This document shows positions 35,816 to 36,597 of a stretch of DNA of 36,597 nt, one piece after another; the stretch's first letter is position 1; each line of letters begins with the position of its first letter. The position numbers were made by a program, and so were the translations under genes. The stretch comes from Octopus bimaculoides (lineage: Eukaryota). Below the pieces are notes generated by a model that saw nothing but the letters and a program-made list of their open reading frames with translations, did not search any database and had not been told where the DNA came from. Where the stretch lies: the NCBI RefSeq assembly GCF_001194135.2, contig NC_068981.1, forward strand, positions 100,269,331 to 100,305,927, read 5' to 3'.

Positions 35816-36312
35816 CTTATACGAGTGCTTGTGAATCAGCAATCACGTCTACCAGTGATGGTGTGCGTGATTCTAGTGTGAGGGAAAGTGATTCAGAAAA
35901 TGATTATAATAATATGTTTTATTATAAACTAGCAAAAACACCCAGCGTCGTCTGGGTTAAAGAAAATAATGAAATTTAAAAACGCAATTTAGATTACACA
36001 GGTCTCAACTGCTAGTAGCTGAGATACCAACTTTCTACGTAACTCTGCAACCCATGCTAACATGGAACATAGACGTTAAGTGAAATGTGAAAAGAAAGTT
36101 TTCAACTCATATATGTATATAAAGTAAATACATGTTTGTCAAACTTATTTTGTAACCAAAAAACAGGTACAGATTATAAACAATGAAAGGCAGTGCATAC
36201 AATACACACACAGTGAATATATCATGTTACTGTTGCACTTTTATACACACAGATATACCTTCATGCATGTCAGTCAAAAAGTGAAAGCGTAATAGTAATA
36301 CTTTAACGCTCA

Positions 36313-36597
36313 ATGGTTTTGCGCCGTGAGGACCAAAGACTCGAGGTATTTCGTGCTGCAAGACAGTGTAGGAGAGAGAATAGTGATGTTGTAGGAGAGA
36401 AACGTGTTCGCATGGATGATGGTACGCTTGCACTAAATGAGGATGCAAAGAAAGAGGTCTGGAGATGCCACTACGATAGATTGCTTAATAAAGAGAATGA
36501 ATGGGAGGAAGAGAGCCTGCCGTATGTCGACCCAATAGAGGGACCAGCTATCCGAGTTGATAGTACCAGGGTAGATAAAGCAATTAAGAGTATGAAG
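36313..36597 (+). mobile_element. Young RTE-clade LINE, 5'-truncated, open frame running off the window end (endonuclease-RT linker)
   Basis: Uninterrupted frame MVLRREDQRLEVFRAARQCRRENSDVVGEKRVRMDDGTLALNEDAKKEVWRCHYDRLLNKENEWEEESLPYVDPIEGPAIRVDSTRVDKAIKSMK. The W..HY..LLN and AIKSMK (pre-GKAPG) motifs are those of RTE ORF2. Absent from the ORF track because it has no stop in the window. Confidence 0.85.

Overview
AT-rich, repeat-dominated eukaryotic DNA with three assembly gaps (21668-21677, 27127-27890, 28468-28956). The SINE families, (GAT)n-tailed RTE 3' ends and dense microsatellites suggest an octopus/coleoid cephalopod genome; this is an inference and no search was run. I find no supportable host protein-coding exon; every recognisable ORF is transposon-derived. 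Non-LTR elements: several RTE-clade LINEs (two long degenerate copies, an inverted 3' copy ending in three C2H2-like fingers, short 3' fragments, and an open-frame fragment running off the right edge), an R4/Dong-like RT fragment next to an (AAT)n tract, and many tRNA-derived SINEs. DNA and LTR elements: a full-length but dead cecropia-type mariner, a hAT/Charlie MITE, piggyBac/hAT/Tigger fossils and an internally deleted Gypsy. The Gypsy integrase is interrupted by a 564-bp MITE with perfect 39-bp TIRs, an 8-bp TSD, nested inverted repeats and a central TTAGGG array. A ~125-bp 18S rRNA fragment is also present. I see no evidence for a new multi-gene system; the most interesting signals are transposon architectures. 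All identities are by-eye estimates.
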